Below are positions 35,210 through 46,875 of a stretch of DNA of 64,000 bases, one piece after another. Position numbers and translations under genes: made by a program. The notes beneath the pieces are model-generated. The model searched no databases, was not told the origin of the DNA, and saw nothing but the letters and a program-made list of their open reading frames with translations. The DNA lies in NCBI GenBank assembly GCA_963833425.1, contig CAWHXP010000013.1, positions 64,001 to 128,000 of the forward strand. Direction: 5' to 3'. The number at the start of each line of letters is the position of its first letter. Position 1 is the first letter of the stretch. The DNA comes from an uncultured Methanosarcinaceae archaeon. Lineage in GTDB: Archaea; Halobacteriota; Methanosarcinia; Methanosarcinales; Methanosarcinaceae.

Positions 35210-35965
35210 TTATGCCTCAATTTTCAAAAAGAGCATTATCCCAATTGTGCATATAAAGACTGATAGCGCACCCATTGCTGCAAGATCGTTGTAGACGCCG
35301 AAAGAAGTACTTATTCCGGCAATTGATCCTCTTAAGCCATCTACGCCATAGGTAAGTGGATTTATTTTACTTACTAAATAAATTGCATCAGGCAAATTTT
35401 TGAGGGGGAAGAGAGCTCCTGATAGGAAAAAAATGGGCATTATCAGGAAGTTCAATATCATTTGGAAACCTTGCATATCCTCCATTTTTGAGGCTAGGGT
35501 AAGGCCAAGGCCTGAAAAGAATATGGCTATCAGGAACATGAATATGAGTCCCATCAAAAAACTACCTAGATTGGGAATCCTGAACCCAAACAAATAAGTC
35601 ATGCTTAGCATGAATAGTCCCTGAATCATGGCTATGATTGCACCTCCAAAGGTTTTACCTATCATGATTTCTGTCCTAGAAATCGGAGCTACCATAGTCT
35701 CTTTAAGAAAGCCGAATTGCCTGTCCCAGATGATCTCAAGCCCAGAAAAAATAGCTGTATATAGAATTGCCATGGTTATAATTCCTGGAGCTAGAAAATC
35801 AGTGAAGCTTGCCCCTCCATTGGCTCTGGCATACATCGGACCAAATCCGTATCCGAATGCGATCATGAAAAGTAGAGGCTGGCCAAGAGAACCTATTAGT
35901 CTGGTTTTAGAGCGCCAGTAATGCTTGAGCTGCCTAAGGCAGAGTATATAAACAATTTCAATCAT
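35210..35965 (-). CDS. ABC-2 type exporter permease
   Basis: DRQFGFLKETMVAPISR, FFLSGALFP, INPLTYGVDGLR. Confidence 0.93.
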   Translation of the reverse strand: MIEIVYILCLRQLKHYWRSKTRLIGSLGQPLLFMIAFGYGFGPMYARANGGASFTDFLAPGIITMAILYTAIFSGLEIIWDRQFGFLKETMVAPISRTEIMIGKTFGGAIIAMIQGLFMLSMTYLFGFRIPNLGSFLMGLIFMFLIAIFFSGLGLTLASKMEDMQGFQMILNFLIMPIFFLSGALFPLKNLPDAIYLVSKINPLTYGVDGLRGSIAGISTSFGVYNDLAAMGALSVFICTIGIMLFLKIEA

Positions 35966-36759
35966 TATCTCATCCTCCCCAAACCCCTCATCATTTTTTG
36001 TTTATTTGCTCCATTATTGTCATCACGGATATCTCTACCTGTTAGCTTAAGGAATGCCTCCTCTAATAATTTGGTTTTGGTTCGCCTCTTAATTTCTTCA
36101 ACAGTGCCAGATTCTATAATTTTACCATGATCAATAATCGCGACATTGTTTGCAATTGCTTCAGCTTCTTCCATGTAATGTGTTGTTAGAAAAACCGTCA
36201 TTTTTTGTTCTTCGTTCAATTCCCTAATGTGACTCCAGATAGCGTTTCTTGTCTGAGGGTCAAGGCCCACTGTGGGTTCATCTAGGAAAAGAATTTGGGG
36301 ATAATGAACAAGTGCCCGTGCAATCTCAAGCCTACGCTTCATCCCACCTGAATAATTTTTTACATAATCGTTCCACCTATCGCAAAGTCCAACAATTTCA
36401 AGGGCTTTCTGAATCCTTTCTGCTCTTTCTTTTTTAGGTACTTTGTAGACAACTGCGTGATAGACCATGTTTTCGTAGGCTGTAAGAACTTCATCAAGGC
36501 TACTGTCTTGGAAGACAATCCCAAAAGATTCACGAGCCTTACTTTGTTCTTTGAGTACATCGAAACCATTAATGCTTATTTCTCCGGATGTGGGCTTCAG
36601 GACGGTTGTGAGCATTTTTATTGTCGTTGATTTGCCTGCACCATTTGGACCTAAAAAAGCGAATATCGAACCTTTTTCAATATTAAAGCTGATGTCATTT
36701 ACAGCGGTAAGATCATCAAATTTTTTAGTAAGGGATTGGACTACGAGTATATTTTTCAT
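35965..36759 (-). CDS. ABC exporter ATP-binding subunit (DrrA-like)
   Basis: [38 protein letters not shown]. Confidence 0.95.
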   Translation of the reverse strand: MKNILVVQSLTKKFDDLTAVNDISFNIEKGSIFAFLGPNGAGKSTTIKMLTTVLKPTSGEISINGFDVLKEQSKARESFGIVFQDSSLDEVLTAYENMVYHAVVYKVPKKERAERIQKALEIVGLCDRWNDYVKNYSGGMKRRLEIARALVHYPQILFLDEPTVGLDPQTRNAIWSHIRELNEEQKMTVFLTTHYMEEAEAIANNVAIIDHGKIIESGTVEEIKRRTKTKLLEEAFLKLTGRDIRDDNNGANKQKMMRGLGRMR

Positions 36760-37117
36760 GATTGATCCTTGTATTTTTTTTCAATTAAAAAAATATTAAA
36801 TTTATACAAATTTTATTTTAAAAGTTCCTTAGATACGCAGATTTGCAGGAAGAATCCTGCGCGATATTCAAAAAGAAATATTTTCCACGATTTGGGTAGT
36901 GGGACAATATTTATAAATTTTGTTCCATTTTCAGCACTTGCACATATTTAAAGGCACTTGATTCTTTAGGACTTAATCTGTTTGACTAAAAAATCATAGC
37001 AATAAAACCTAATTACTTTAATATAAATTTGAAATCATGATGTATATTCTGCTTGTTTTGTTTTTTAATTGAATAAGTCCTTATTACTGCTTGGAGCCTA
37101 TTATAATTACTATTTTA

Positions 37118-37209
37118 AAGGATTTCGATAAAGCCATAAATTTTGTCCTATGTTTATAAATTATATAAAACTAATTCTTGAAAATCAGAGGTTTATCAAT
37201 AATCCTCTT
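37118..37209. mobile_element. ~88-bp MITE, IS5-type TIR family (copy 4)
   Basis: AAGGATTTCGATAAAG...GAAAATCAGAGGTTTATCAATAATCCTC. Confidence 0.75.
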
Positions 37210-37238
37210 TGATCTCTATCTTTGGAATGCGTGTTCAT

Positions 37239-37640
37239 TAGAGCCTAGCTGCATTCAATGTAATCTTCCTAACGACTTAGATAGCTGATGAGAATTCATC
37301 GGAATCAAAACACTTAAGTAGGAATTCATTTATCTCGAATCCTATTCTCTCCATATTTGGCTTTAATTTTTGTCAATTTCTGTAAAATACAGCCCTTTGA
37401 TTCTTTTGCCTTCCGGATCTATTTTACGGTAAATAATACCTTCTTCTTCCAATCTCAATATAGATTTTGAGATCATCGTTTTATTAAATCCTTTTGATCG
37501 TTTAAAGCCATCGTGGCTGCAGCCTTCTTGATCATACAGTGACATCAGAATAGAGAAATGCCCCGTCCAATATGATACTAACCAGGTTCTCTAGCAAAAT
37601 ACTTATGGATATTTACATAGGAAAATTTGCATTTGGTCAT
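37239..37640 (-). pseudogene. MarR-family regulator, decayed
   Basis: SLYDQEGCSHD..FNKTMISKSILRLEEEGIIYRKIDPEGKRIKGLYFTE; stops and frameshifts on both sides; upstream of the ABC exporter. Confidence 0.8.
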
Positions 37641-38003
37641 CATACAGGATAACAAATGCTGTTAAACCAAGAACTTCATCTAAAAATTTTAACATTGTCT
37701 ATTTTTATACTCAGATATATTTTTTGCTAAAATACACGTCTATATCTTTCTGAAAAAATTATGATTATCAGAAGAAAACCTTAGACAATAGATTAGGTAA
37801 TGTTCAAATTTGATATTTTTTATACTGCTCATTGAGGAATACTGAGACAAAAATTAAGTGTCGGGATATTAGTGGAGTGGTTTAAGTAAATGGATGAATA
37901 ATACATAAAAGAGAGATTTTAGTGAAATAATTTGACTATTATCTATTTCCCCTTAGCATATAGATTATTTTTTATTTTCTCTCTTTTATCAATTTTTTTC
38001 TTT

Positions 38004-39713
38004 TCACATAGATTCAGGGGCTGTGATTCCGAGAGTATCAAGGGAATTTGCAAGCACAATCCTTGCACATTCTACAAGGGCTAGTCTTGCAGCCCTGACG
38101 TTTTCATTCTCTGTGGAAATGACCGGAATAAAATGATAGAACTGATTAAAAGCATCGGCGAGTTCGCGAGCATAGATTGCAAGCAAATGAGGTTTGAGTT
38201 CAAGGGCTCCAAGATCTATTATATGATCAAACATTGCCATCTTTTTGATCAGATTTATTTCGCTGTCCTCAACAAGTAAAGAGGGATCTGTTTCCAAGAA
38301 AGATTTTAAAGTAGCATCCCCTTTTGTCTTTTCGAGGATACTGGAAGCGCGGGCATAGGAATATTGGATATAAGGAGCTCCCTGCTTCTCAAAGTCCAGA
38401 GCATTGTTCCAATTGAAAACCGTAGATTTTTCTGGGGAGACCTTGACTATATCGTATCTCACTGAACCTATTCCGATCATTTCTGCAACCTCCTTCTTGA
38501 AATCATCAGATGTTTCCGGACGGCGCGTATCTACCTGTTCGAAGGCAGCTTCAACGACCCTGTCAAAGAGTTCATCAGCACTTATAAACTGGCCACTGCG
38601 TGTGCTCATTGAGCCTTCGGGGAGAGATACAAACTCGAAGATCACAATCTCAGGTTCCTTGATTCCGATCGCATTCAGCGTAGCCCTGAGCTGGCCAGAT
38701 ATCAGCTTGTGATCCGCCCCAAGTACATCAATTACACGATCTGTCTGGCTTACTTTCCATTCGTGATAAGCAAGATCTCTGGTAGTATAAAGAGAAGTTC
38801 CATTTGATCGCTGTATTACGAGGGTTTTCTCAAACCCGTAGTCAGAAAGGTTTACCACAACGGCTCCGTTATCAATTTTAGTTCTTCCAGTAGCCTTGAT
38901 CCGCTCGATTATATCGTTTACTGCTCCAGATTTAAGGAAACCAGATTCATTGACGAACTTATCGTGGGCTACGTTTAACCGAAGAAGAGTCTCCTTGATT
39001 CCGGTAATTGCTAGGGCAACAGCTTTATCAAAGCTTTCTATGGTCTTGAGGTCTCCAGCTTCCACATTTTTCATAAGAGCATCTATTTCATTTACATATC
39101 CTGAATTTTTATTTAATTCAGTGTTTGCCTTAATATATATGTCCGCAATAGCAGCATCTGGTTTTTTGGAACGGTCAAGCTCAAAGTGCTCACATGCCCA
39201 GGAGACTACAGCAATCTGGCGTCCCATATCATTGACATAGTACTGCACTTCCACATTGTACCCTGCGCGCTTGAGAATACGAGCAAGAGTATCTCCGATA
39301 ATTGAATTACGGATGTGTCCCACATGCAAGGGGCCGTTAGGGTTTGCAGAGGTATGTTCAAGGATGATCGTATCCTTTTTGAATCCGCAACCGAATTTTT
39401 CTTTCTCTTCCAGGATTGTGGCTATTGTCCTAGTCAAGTAGTGTCTACCCACATGGAAATTAATGTAAGGACCTGAGGAATTTACTTCCCTTATATACGA
39501 ACCATCCGGAATTTTAACTGCAGAAACAATGCATGATGCAATGTATGTGGGATTTTGTCTGTGAAGACTCGCTAGCCTGAAGGCAGCCCTGCTTGCAAGG
39601 TCTGCATGAGAAGAAGCTTCAAAATAAAGTTCGGAATCCTTAACATCAAACCCGATTTTCCGGATAGCATCCTTTAAGATCGATATAGCCTGAGATTTGA
39701 GTTCCATAAACAA
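38004..39713 (-). CDS. argS: Arginine--tRNA ligase
   Basis: EHTSANPNGPLHVGHIRN, SMSTRSG, GAPYIQYSYAR. Confidence 0.97.
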   Translation of the reverse strand: MFMELKSQAISILKDAIRKIGFDVKDSELYFEASSHADLASRAAFRLASLHRQNPTYIASCIVSAVKIPDGSYIREVNSSGPYINFHVGRHYLTRTIATILEEKEKFGCGFKKDTIILEHTSANPNGPLHVGHIRNSIIGDTLARILKRAGYNVEVQYYVNDMGRQIAVVSWACEHFELDRSKKPDAAIADIYIKANTELNKNSGYVNEIDALMKNVEAGDLKTIESFDKAVALAITGIKETLLRLNVAHDKFVNESGFLKSGAVNDIIERIKATGRTKIDNGAVVVNLSDYGFEKTLVIQRSNGTSLYTTRDLAYHEWKVSQTDRVIDVLGADHKLISGQLRATLNAIGIKEPEIVIFEFVSLPEGSMSTRSGQFISADELFDRVVEAAFEQVDTRRPETSDDFKKEVAEMIGIGSVRYDIVKVSPEKSTVFNWNNALDFEKQGAPYIQYSYARASSILEKTKGDATLKSFLETDPSLLVEDSEINLIKKMAMFDHIIDLGALELKPHLLAIYARELADAFNQFYHFIPVISTENENVRAARLALVECARIVLANSLDTLGITAPESM

Positions 39714-39958
39714 GATAAATCACCTGTAAAAACTATGAAAACAATATGATAACATTAATTTAGATATTTTTTAATAACTTCTGGAATAGTAAAAATTTAC
39801 TATTGATTCCATTGGCAATTGACTACAATCGATCCAAATCCAGAAAATAATAAAAAATCTATTTATTTACTAAATTTTGATCCACTGATCTAAGGCCAGT
39901 TCAATTAAAAAGTATTATAAAAAGGTACTTGATATGGGAGCAGATCTCACTAGTGAAA

Positions 39959-41206
39959 TCAGACCCCTGTATTGTACCTCAGAATTGCAGCAAGACCTCC
40001 AAAGGCATTCAAGAGCTGTGAACCTTCGTCAAAGTCAGTAGACACGAAAATAACTTTTGCATTGCTTTTATCAGCAAGCGCTGATAGCTCATCAACGATA
40101 TCAGTTACATCTGTTACATCAAGGGAAGAACCGCACTTTGGGCAGTTTCCGGCTGTAGGAGCAGATTCGCCTGGTTTCCAGCGCCTCGTCCATTTATTTT
40201 CGTATCCGCAAACGCTGCATTTCGTGGTAACCCTTTCAGCCCGTAGATCTTCGGAAAGCAAAAGCATTTCTACAGCATTAATTTCGAGGTTTGCCCGGAC
40301 CTGAGTTTCTCCATAAGCTACTTTCCCTGAGTCAGAAATAAGTTCTTTGAAAAAGGCCTTGACAGCATTTTTTTGTCCCATAAGCTCAAGATCCTGTAAC
40401 TTTTCTCCTGCAGCATTCAACAGCTCGGAAAGTCCGGATTCATCCGTGTAAGATATATCGAATAGTCCAATAATTTTCCTCTGGAGCTCATGATGCAGAA
40501 ACTCCCCTGCATAGAATTCTTCTTTTGTCGGAGAAGGCCCACCTATAAGGACTCCTTTCAAATCCTTATGATCAATGGAAAGGAAGATTTCACTTGCAGC
40601 ATCACCTATTCTTTTATAAAAATCATGGATAGCAATGAGCCTGAGCTGCTGAAAACGGTGGGCACTCTGCCCTCCTTTCCTCTGCTTCCCCGGAACTGTG
40701 GAAGTAAGATGACGGAAGGCTTGTATTCGCTTACCAACTAGCAACCCTACAGTAGCTTCTCGGCGATCCAAAACCAAAAGCCCGAAGGTATTTTTGTCTT
40801 TGAGCATATCTTCAAGAGGCTCGAGGTAAAAGGTGGAATTGCAGTGATATTTATAAGCTGTAATCGGCTCCGGAGGAATTATCACCTCACTTTCCATGTT
40901 GGTCTTGTTGGCCCCGATGTCCACAGCTCCTGTAAAGTAAACTATACCATTTTCAGGTACTTTATCAAGATATTTCAGCCTTGATAAAAGAGATTCAAGG
41001 GCTCCCTGTACATTCGTCCTGGTAAGCTTGGACTTAATGTTTGCAGCTTGCCCGTGCTCTTCTTTCAACTGGTTTGTAACATCATAAATCTGCTTGTCTA
41101 GAGGAATATAAAGAGTAATTAGCTCAGTACTTCTTCCTTTCTTATCCCTGAGACTTTCAAGCTTCTTTTTAAATTCGTACTTTTGATGTGCGGATTGTTC
41201 AGTCAT
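39959..41206 (-). CDS. prf1: Peptide chain release factor aRF1
   Basis: NIKS, YHCNSTF, KGGQSAHRF, AAILRY. Confidence 0.97.
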   Translation of the reverse strand: MTEQSAHQKYEFKKKLESLRDKKGRSTELITLYIPLDKQIYDVTNQLKEEHGQAANIKSKLTRTNVQGALESLLSRLKYLDKVPENGIVYFTGAVDIGANKTNMESEVIIPPEPITAYKYHCNSTFYLEPLEDMLKDKNTFGLLVLDRREATVGLLVGKRIQAFRHLTSTVPGKQRKGGQSAHRFQQLRLIAIHDFYKRIGDAASEIFLSIDHKDLKGVLIGGPSPTKEEFYAGEFLHHELQRKIIGLFDISYTDESGLSELLNAAGEKLQDLELMGQKNAVKAFFKELISDSGKVAYGETQVRANLEINAVEMLLLSEDLRAERVTTKCSVCGYENKWTRRWKPGESAPTAGNCPKCGSSLDVTDVTDIVDELSALADKSNAKVIFVSTDFDEGSQLLNAFGGLAAILRYNTGV

Positions 41207-41719
41207 TGCAAAAATTCTCCAATAGGCAAGTGATTAAATTCTGTATTTCCGGCAAATTTGATTTTAAATTCGTTATCTAAATAGATGCAGTTATATTTGA
41301 ATTGAAATTTGAGATTGTCATATTTAAGAAATATTTGAGATTGTAAATCTAAGAAATTGTATGATACCATCAATTTGATCTCGTAATAAATTTAGTTATT
41401 CAGTTTACATTTTGTTTAGCTTTTCGGTTAACTTGACAATAGTGAACTAGAAATTTGATAAAGAAAAATCAAACAACAAATTCCCGTCTCAACTTAAATG
41501 TATAATCTAAAAATCGCGCAGACACGAAGAACCTGAAAGAGGAATCGATCTGCTAGAGAAACTGGCAACTCAAAAATTTCAGTAATCAGTTAACTCCCTT
41601 ATGCTGTGCAAACCTATCTGATTTCGTATTCTGTTGATCGAACTAAATATGAGACATAATTTTACTTAAATTGTATCTATTGGCTTAAAATTGGATCATC
41701 CCTAATGAAAGTGTATTCT

Positions 41720-41834
41720 AATTGAAACTTAAGACGATTTCGATAAACCCCACTTTTTAGTAGATAGTTTATAAAGGGTATATAAGCAATTTGTTGAAAT
41801 CAGAGGTTTATCGAAATCCTCTTAAGTTTCAATT
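41720..41834. mobile_element. MITE, IS5-type TIR family (copy 5) inside a 30-bp inverted repeat
   Basis: AATTGAAACTTAAGACGATTTCGATAAACC vs GGTTTATCGAAATCCTCTTAAGTTTCAATT, 1 mismatch. Confidence 0.85.
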
Positions 41835-42197
41835 TGTTTTTGTGGCTGGACTGAGATAATATATCCATATAAAGATAAAAATATTCATGTACATTTATCT
41901 TTGCTTCAAATTATTGGTTTACTGAGATAAACACTTGTTCTTTATTAATTTGATTGGTTTCTAAAGTGCACTAGTTTAAGTTTTTTGGTCTTTCTCGTCC
42001 CGCATCCATCGTCGTGAGCTAGATCAAATGTGCTTCAGTACATGAAAACAAAAATTTCGTTACGATAGAAATTTAATTATGAAAGCATCAAGAATTAATC
42101 ATGAAATAAAGTCTGAAATAACTCTAATTTGAATTTAAAAACTCAAGTCTTGGATTTAAATTTACCAGTTTAAATTTTAGTCCAATTGCCTATCTCT

Positions 42198-43211
42198 TCA
42201 TAGTGTGGTTTTCCCATTCTTAGAGAGTAGTACAACCCTACTAATCTCAGATTCGTCTACTATTTCGTACCCCAGGTATTTTGCAAGTTCTTTTGAGAAC
42301 TCTAGAACCTCTATATGAGTGGGCATGGAAGATCGGTCAAGACGAAGCCGTGAAAACCCCAGATGCATATAAGCTTTTATTTCGACAAAATCAGGGGAAG
42401 CTTTTTTAATCAGCTCAGCATAACCCTCTGACCTAAACATATTTTCTCCCTTGACCAGCGTTGTACGAATGACTGTCCGTGATCTTAGATCTCCTAGCAG
42501 GGACAGAGATTCGTTGATTTTTTCCCAGAGCATAGCAGATTTTGGCTTACAGATTTTCAGATAAGTTTCCAGGTCAGGAGCATCAAGACTCATATACAAC
42601 TGGGAAGGGAAAATTTTAGTAAGCATCTCAGGATTCGTTCCATTCGTGACCAAAAAAACCGTAAAGCCCATTTTTTTGTATTCCTCGATCAGCTCTGGCA
42701 AGTAAGGATAAATGGTCGGCTCTCCAGACAGGGAAATTGCGACATTATTCGGCTCATTGCTCTCAATCCAACGTTCCTTAATTGCGATCTGAGAACCACC
42801 AAACCCCGTAATCAGTTTGCTCTGGCATGCAATGCTTTCTTCTACAATCTTTCTGGGGGAATCCCATTCATCAGGAATAGGAACAGGGATCTCAGTGGGT
42901 CGCCAGCAAAAGACGCACCTCTGGTTGCATATAAGAGTAGGAGTCATCTGGAGGCAGCGGTGAGATTGTACTCCGTAAAATTTGGATTTATAGCAGAAGC
43001 CTTGCCCGTTCATAGCGTGTTTAAGCCAAAGGCATGTCTTAACGGCCGAGTGGCGCCCTGCGAGAGCATATCCCTGTTTTCTCAGAAGGGTATTTAAATC
43101 AGGGAAATCAAAAGACAAAGGAATATGCTTTTCGTTTCGGTTTTCTTTCTGAACAATCGATAAATCTTCTTCGAAGTCCTCCTTCTTTTCTTCCAGAGGC
43201 ATTTGCAGCAT
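42198..43211 (-). CDS. taw1: 4-demethylwyosine synthase TYW1 (radical SAM)
   Basis: HSAVKTCLW, CYKSKFYGVQSHRCLQMTP, CNQRCVFCWR, SLSGEPT. Confidence 0.96.
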   Translation of the reverse strand: MLQMPLEEKKEDFEEDLSIVQKENRNEKHIPLSFDFPDLNTLLRKQGYALAGRHSAVKTCLWLKHAMNGQGFCYKSKFYGVQSHRCLQMTPTLICNQRCVFCWRPTEIPVPIPDEWDSPRKIVEESIACQSKLITGFGGSQIAIKERWIESNEPNNVAISLSGEPTIYPYLPELIEEYKKMGFTVFLVTNGTNPEMLTKIFPSQLYMSLDAPDLETYLKICKPKSAMLWEKINESLSLLGDLRSRTVIRTTLVKGENMFRSEGYAELIKKASPDFVEIKAYMHLGFSRLRLDRSSMPTHIEVLEFSKELAKYLGYEIVDESEISRVVLLSKNGKTTL

Positions 43212-43338
43212 ATTAAATCCTAGATGTATATATAAGGATCGGGCAATAATTTTAGATAAATTTATGGCCTACAAGAATTTTTTGAATTGCCTATTCGCGT
43301 AAATCCAATCATTGGAGTTAAAATTTTTCAGGCCAAAT

Positions 43339-45303
43339 TCAGTCAAAAGTAAGGATTTTATAAGTAAAATCTGCGAGATCCACAATTGGGACTCTTGCAG
43401 GTACTGGCATGAGATTCACATGCTTCTGAAACTCTGTTTGATCCTGCCAGGTTCCGGAATTTACAAGAAGGATATTTTTATAGCGCTGGACTCCTAGGGT
43501 ATGGACATGGCCTGTGTGGATGATATCCGGCACAGGGTCGATAACGAAATAATCCATTTTCTCTGGAGATATGGAAACCCTGCTCCCATAAATTGGAGCA
43601 AGGTGCCTGCGCTTCACCATTTCAAGAACGGCCATCGCAGGTTCCTGATAGGAAATCCCTGGAATGTTAGCTACGAGATCATCAATTGATCTGCCGTGGT
43701 AGATGAGGATGCGAGCACCATCCAGATCAACAAGAGAAGGGTTACCAACGAAGATGACATTTTGAGGGAAATAAGCCTGAATTATTTCAGGAAGCGCAGG
43801 CTGAGGTTCTGCCTGGCGGACGGCGTCATGATTGCCAGGACTTATAATCACACGAATGTGCTCTGGAATTTCCCTTAAGTACTCTGCAGCTTTCATGTAC
43901 TGCTCATAGATATCCATAATGGCCAGCTCTGATTCCTGACCAGGATAAATCCCTATCCCATCAACAAGATCTCCTGCAACAATAAGATAACGGATACTTG
44001 CGGCAAGCTCCCGCATGATTTCTGATTCAGACTCTCCTTTCAAAAAGTCAATAAAATTCAGCCAAGAGTCTTCAAGAAACTGGGAACTTCCTATATGTAC
44101 ATCCGATATCAGCACTATTTGCCCTTGACTTCCGCTTCGCCGTTGCACACCATTTGGTACATCTGGTTGAATGAGTTTTGTGGCAAACATCAGGTTTCCA
44201 GCGCTCTTTACCAAACCAGTTACTCCGATGACCTCATCAAGCAGGACTTTTGAAGCCAGTTCGAAAAGTTCCTTATCAGTATTTCGAATGAGAACTGAGA
44301 AAGAGCCGGTTGGATCTTCAAGAGATAAAATTTTGTGGCCATTATTTGTGCTACTGATGTCCGAAATCATCCCTATTATAGATATTTCTTCAGAATTCCA
44401 GTCCCCTTCACGACGAAAGCTTCTTTTTAAACTTTCTATAGAACGCGCATTTATTCTGCTCCGTATAATCGCGGAAAGCCTGCTGTATCTATCCCTGAAA
44501 TATTGAACAAACTGCATATATTCTCCAATACAGGTTGAATGCCCTGATATGTCAGAAATTATGGTCACAGGATTCCTGCCTGAAAAACTTCTTTGCACTT
44601 TGTCGCAGGAACTAGAAGATAAGGCTTTTCCGAAAATAGATAAAGATGGATTTTCCCTGGAAATTCGGTTTGAAGGAGAAGAAGGAAGAGAATTCGAATC
44701 TCCCAAAAAAGATACGGTTGATCTGTCTCCAACTTGTGAAGATGGCAAGGAAAAGACCAATTCGGAATCAGTTCTCAATGAAGAAATTGAGCTTGAAGCA
44801 GCGTGAGAACTCGGTACCCCCTCGGATGAAGTATTACCTGATTTGAGATCTGGAATTGGTTTATACTTTATAGGTACTGGAATTGGATCTAGAAGCAGAT
44901 TTAGGTGAGGGCTAACCGCAGAGTTCTGGATTGGAGTAGGGATGCCAGACTCTGAGGAGATCTCATCTGATTTTGGAGGACGTTTAGTAGATACTGAAAG
45001 AAATTCTCCCGCTTTTAAAGAAGAAATTGGTATTTCATCGTAATGTGGCTTTTCTGTTGAAGTTTCGAAACCAGGATTTTTTTTATTTTCTACATGAATT
45101 AGCTTTGAAGCTCTGTCATGTGCAGCAAAATTTTCAAGATCTATATGTCCGGGCTCTATGACAACAACAAAGTCATTCACAGTTGAAAGAACATATTTGA
45201 GCAGGCATTCGGGAGAGTTGCTGGATTTAATTAGTTCAACAGCTTCAGGGCTTATCTGGTACTCTTTTTCTATAACTGCCTTTATAATCTCGCTTTTGTC
45301 CAT
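43339..45303 (-). CDS. polB: DNA polymerase D small (exonuclease) subunit DP1
   Basis: YFRDRY, ISDVHIGS, AGDLVDGIGIYPGQ, PGNHDAVRQAEPQP, YHGRS, HTGHVH; Ser-rich linker. Confidence 0.96.
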   Translation of the reverse strand: MDKSEIIKAVIEKEYQISPEAVELIKSSNSPECLLKYVLSTVNDFVVVIEPGHIDLENFAAHDRASKLIHVENKKNPGFETSTEKPHYDEIPISSLKAGEFLSVSTKRPPKSDEISSESGIPTPIQNSAVSPHLNLLLDPIPVPIKYKPIPDLKSGNTSSEGVPSSHAASSSISSLRTDSELVFSLPSSQVGDRSTVSFLGDSNSLPSSPSNRISRENPSLSIFGKALSSSSCDKVQRSFSGRNPVTIISDISGHSTCIGEYMQFVQYFRDRYSRLSAIIRSRINARSIESLKRSFRREGDWNSEEISIIGMISDISSTNNGHKILSLEDPTGSFSVLIRNTDKELFELASKVLLDEVIGVTGLVKSAGNLMFATKLIQPDVPNGVQRRSGSQGQIVLISDVHIGSSQFLEDSWLNFIDFLKGESESEIMRELAASIRYLIVAGDLVDGIGIYPGQESELAIMDIYEQYMKAAEYLREIPEHIRVIISPGNHDAVRQAEPQPALPEIIQAYFPQNVIFVGNPSLVDLDGARILIYHGRSIDDLVANIPGISYQEPAMAVLEMVKRRHLAPIYGSRVSISPEKMDYFVIDPVPDIIHTGHVHTLGVQRYKNILLVNSGTWQDQTEFQKHVNLMPVPARVPIVDLADFTYKILTFD

Positions 45304-45972
45304 ACTTCCAACCTGACATTCCTAGACTGACACAAATATTTCCAAACTGAAATAAACTTTTCTAAACCTTCTGGATTTGATTTACCATAAGGCTCATTTG
45401 GCTCCAGATTTAAAAGAGCCTAACCAAAAGACATGTTTAAAATATAAAAGTTAATAAGATACAGAATAATATGCTTAATAGCTACTAAATTGATATGTTA
45501 AAATTAATTTATGAAATGAAATTGTAATTCTAAAAAAATAGTGTATGTCCCACTTAACATTTAAAAATTTTTAGATGCCCCACGTAAAACTTATATCTAT
45601 AGATTCCTGCCTACTATAAGAAGTATCTACCTCATTTTAAGTAGATGACTATAAAAGCATGATAACTGGATGAATAGATATAACAGATATTCTGAAAGTG
45701 TATATCGGTATATATTTTGTTTGCCCATTTGCCCACTAATATTATTGAAAGTTAGAATAATTTTTAAGCTACTGTCATATTGATCACATGGATGACATTC
45801 TTGTGTTAATCGGTGGAAATTAGGACTTAAAATTAATATATATAAAACAAATCGTAGGCAAACATACTGGGAGAAATACATAATTATTTTTAATAAGTCA
45901 GGATAGCAGAAGGAGCTATAATTAACTCTGAGATTATATTTTAGCCTGAAATAATCTGAGGATATAATAATA

Positions 45973-46060
45973 GTGGATTTCGATAAAATTCTGATTTTCA
46001 CGAGCTATTTATAAATTATTTTATAAGTATTTGAAAAAATTAGTGGGTTTATCGAAATTT
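45973..46060. mobile_element. ~88-bp MITE, IS5-type TIR family (copy 6, opposite orientation)
   Basis: GGATTTCGATAAAATTCTGATTTTCACGAG...GGGTTTATCGAAAT. Confidence 0.75.
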
Positions 46061-46173
46061 TATATAAAGTCCAGCGGCTATACCATAACTTAATTGAATA
46101 AAAATTCTTCAGAAAAAGAAGAATGGAATTGATGAAACGCTAAAAAGTGAAATTAAAGGAATAAAGGCTGAGT

Positions 46174-46731
46174 ATGAGCAAAACAAATGAGGAAAATGGT
46201 ACCCAGGAAGAGAAAAACTCCTGGGTTTCACTTGGAAAGGACTTGCTGTTGGTCGTAGCTGTACTGATTACTTTTATGGTCCTTTCCAAGTTGGTATTGG
46301 GTCTCTGGACTCCTATGGTTGCGGTAGAGTCAGAGAGTATGGACCCGCATATACAAATAGGAGATATTGTTTTTATGAAAAGTATTGATCGAGTGAACGT
46401 TACCACGAATGAAGAAGGAAAAAATTTAGGTTATAAGTCCTTTGAAGATTATGGAGATGTGATTCTTTACCGTCCTCAAGGTCAAGAAGGTGTAACCCCG
46501 ATAATTCATAGAGCCATGTACAGGGTAAAAGCCGGAGAGCAAATGTGGGTGGGAGGGCCTATTGCTCAGTATTCGGGTTATATTACCAAAGGAGACAATG
46601 TTGTAACTAACCAGTACTTTGACCAGGAAGGAGACATAAGCTATTATATGCCTGTAAAAGACGAGTGGATTATAGGAACTGCAAAGTATAGGATTCCTTA
46701 TCTAGGATATATCAGGCTATTACTTTCATAG
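46174..46731 (+). CDS. sec11: Signal peptidase I (S26/Sec11 type)
   Basis: VESESMDP, PIIHRA, YITKGDN, RIPYLG. Confidence 0.93.
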   Translation: MSKTNEENGTQEEKNSWVSLGKDLLLVVAVLITFMVLSKLVLGLWTPMVAVESESMDPHIQIGDIVFMKSIDRVNVTTNEEGKNLGYKSFEDYGDVILYRPQGQEGVTPIIHRAMYRVKAGEQMWVGGPIAQYSGYITKGDNVVTNQYFDQEGDISYYMPVKDEWIIGTAKYRIPYLGYIRLLLS

Positions 46732-46875
46732 GCAATTGAACTATAATTTTCAATTTATTTTTTTAAATCCGCATTCTATAAATGCACACATATGTATAAT
46801 TTTTTCACCTATTTGCCCTCTTCTAATGAATGATAGTGCGCAAATAAGTTAAAAAAAATATACATATGCAGAATG

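Noticed and set aside
44550..45100. Intein or insertion in DP1
   Set aside because: Ser/Pro-rich low-complexity linker without intein splice motifs; such linkers are usual in DP1.
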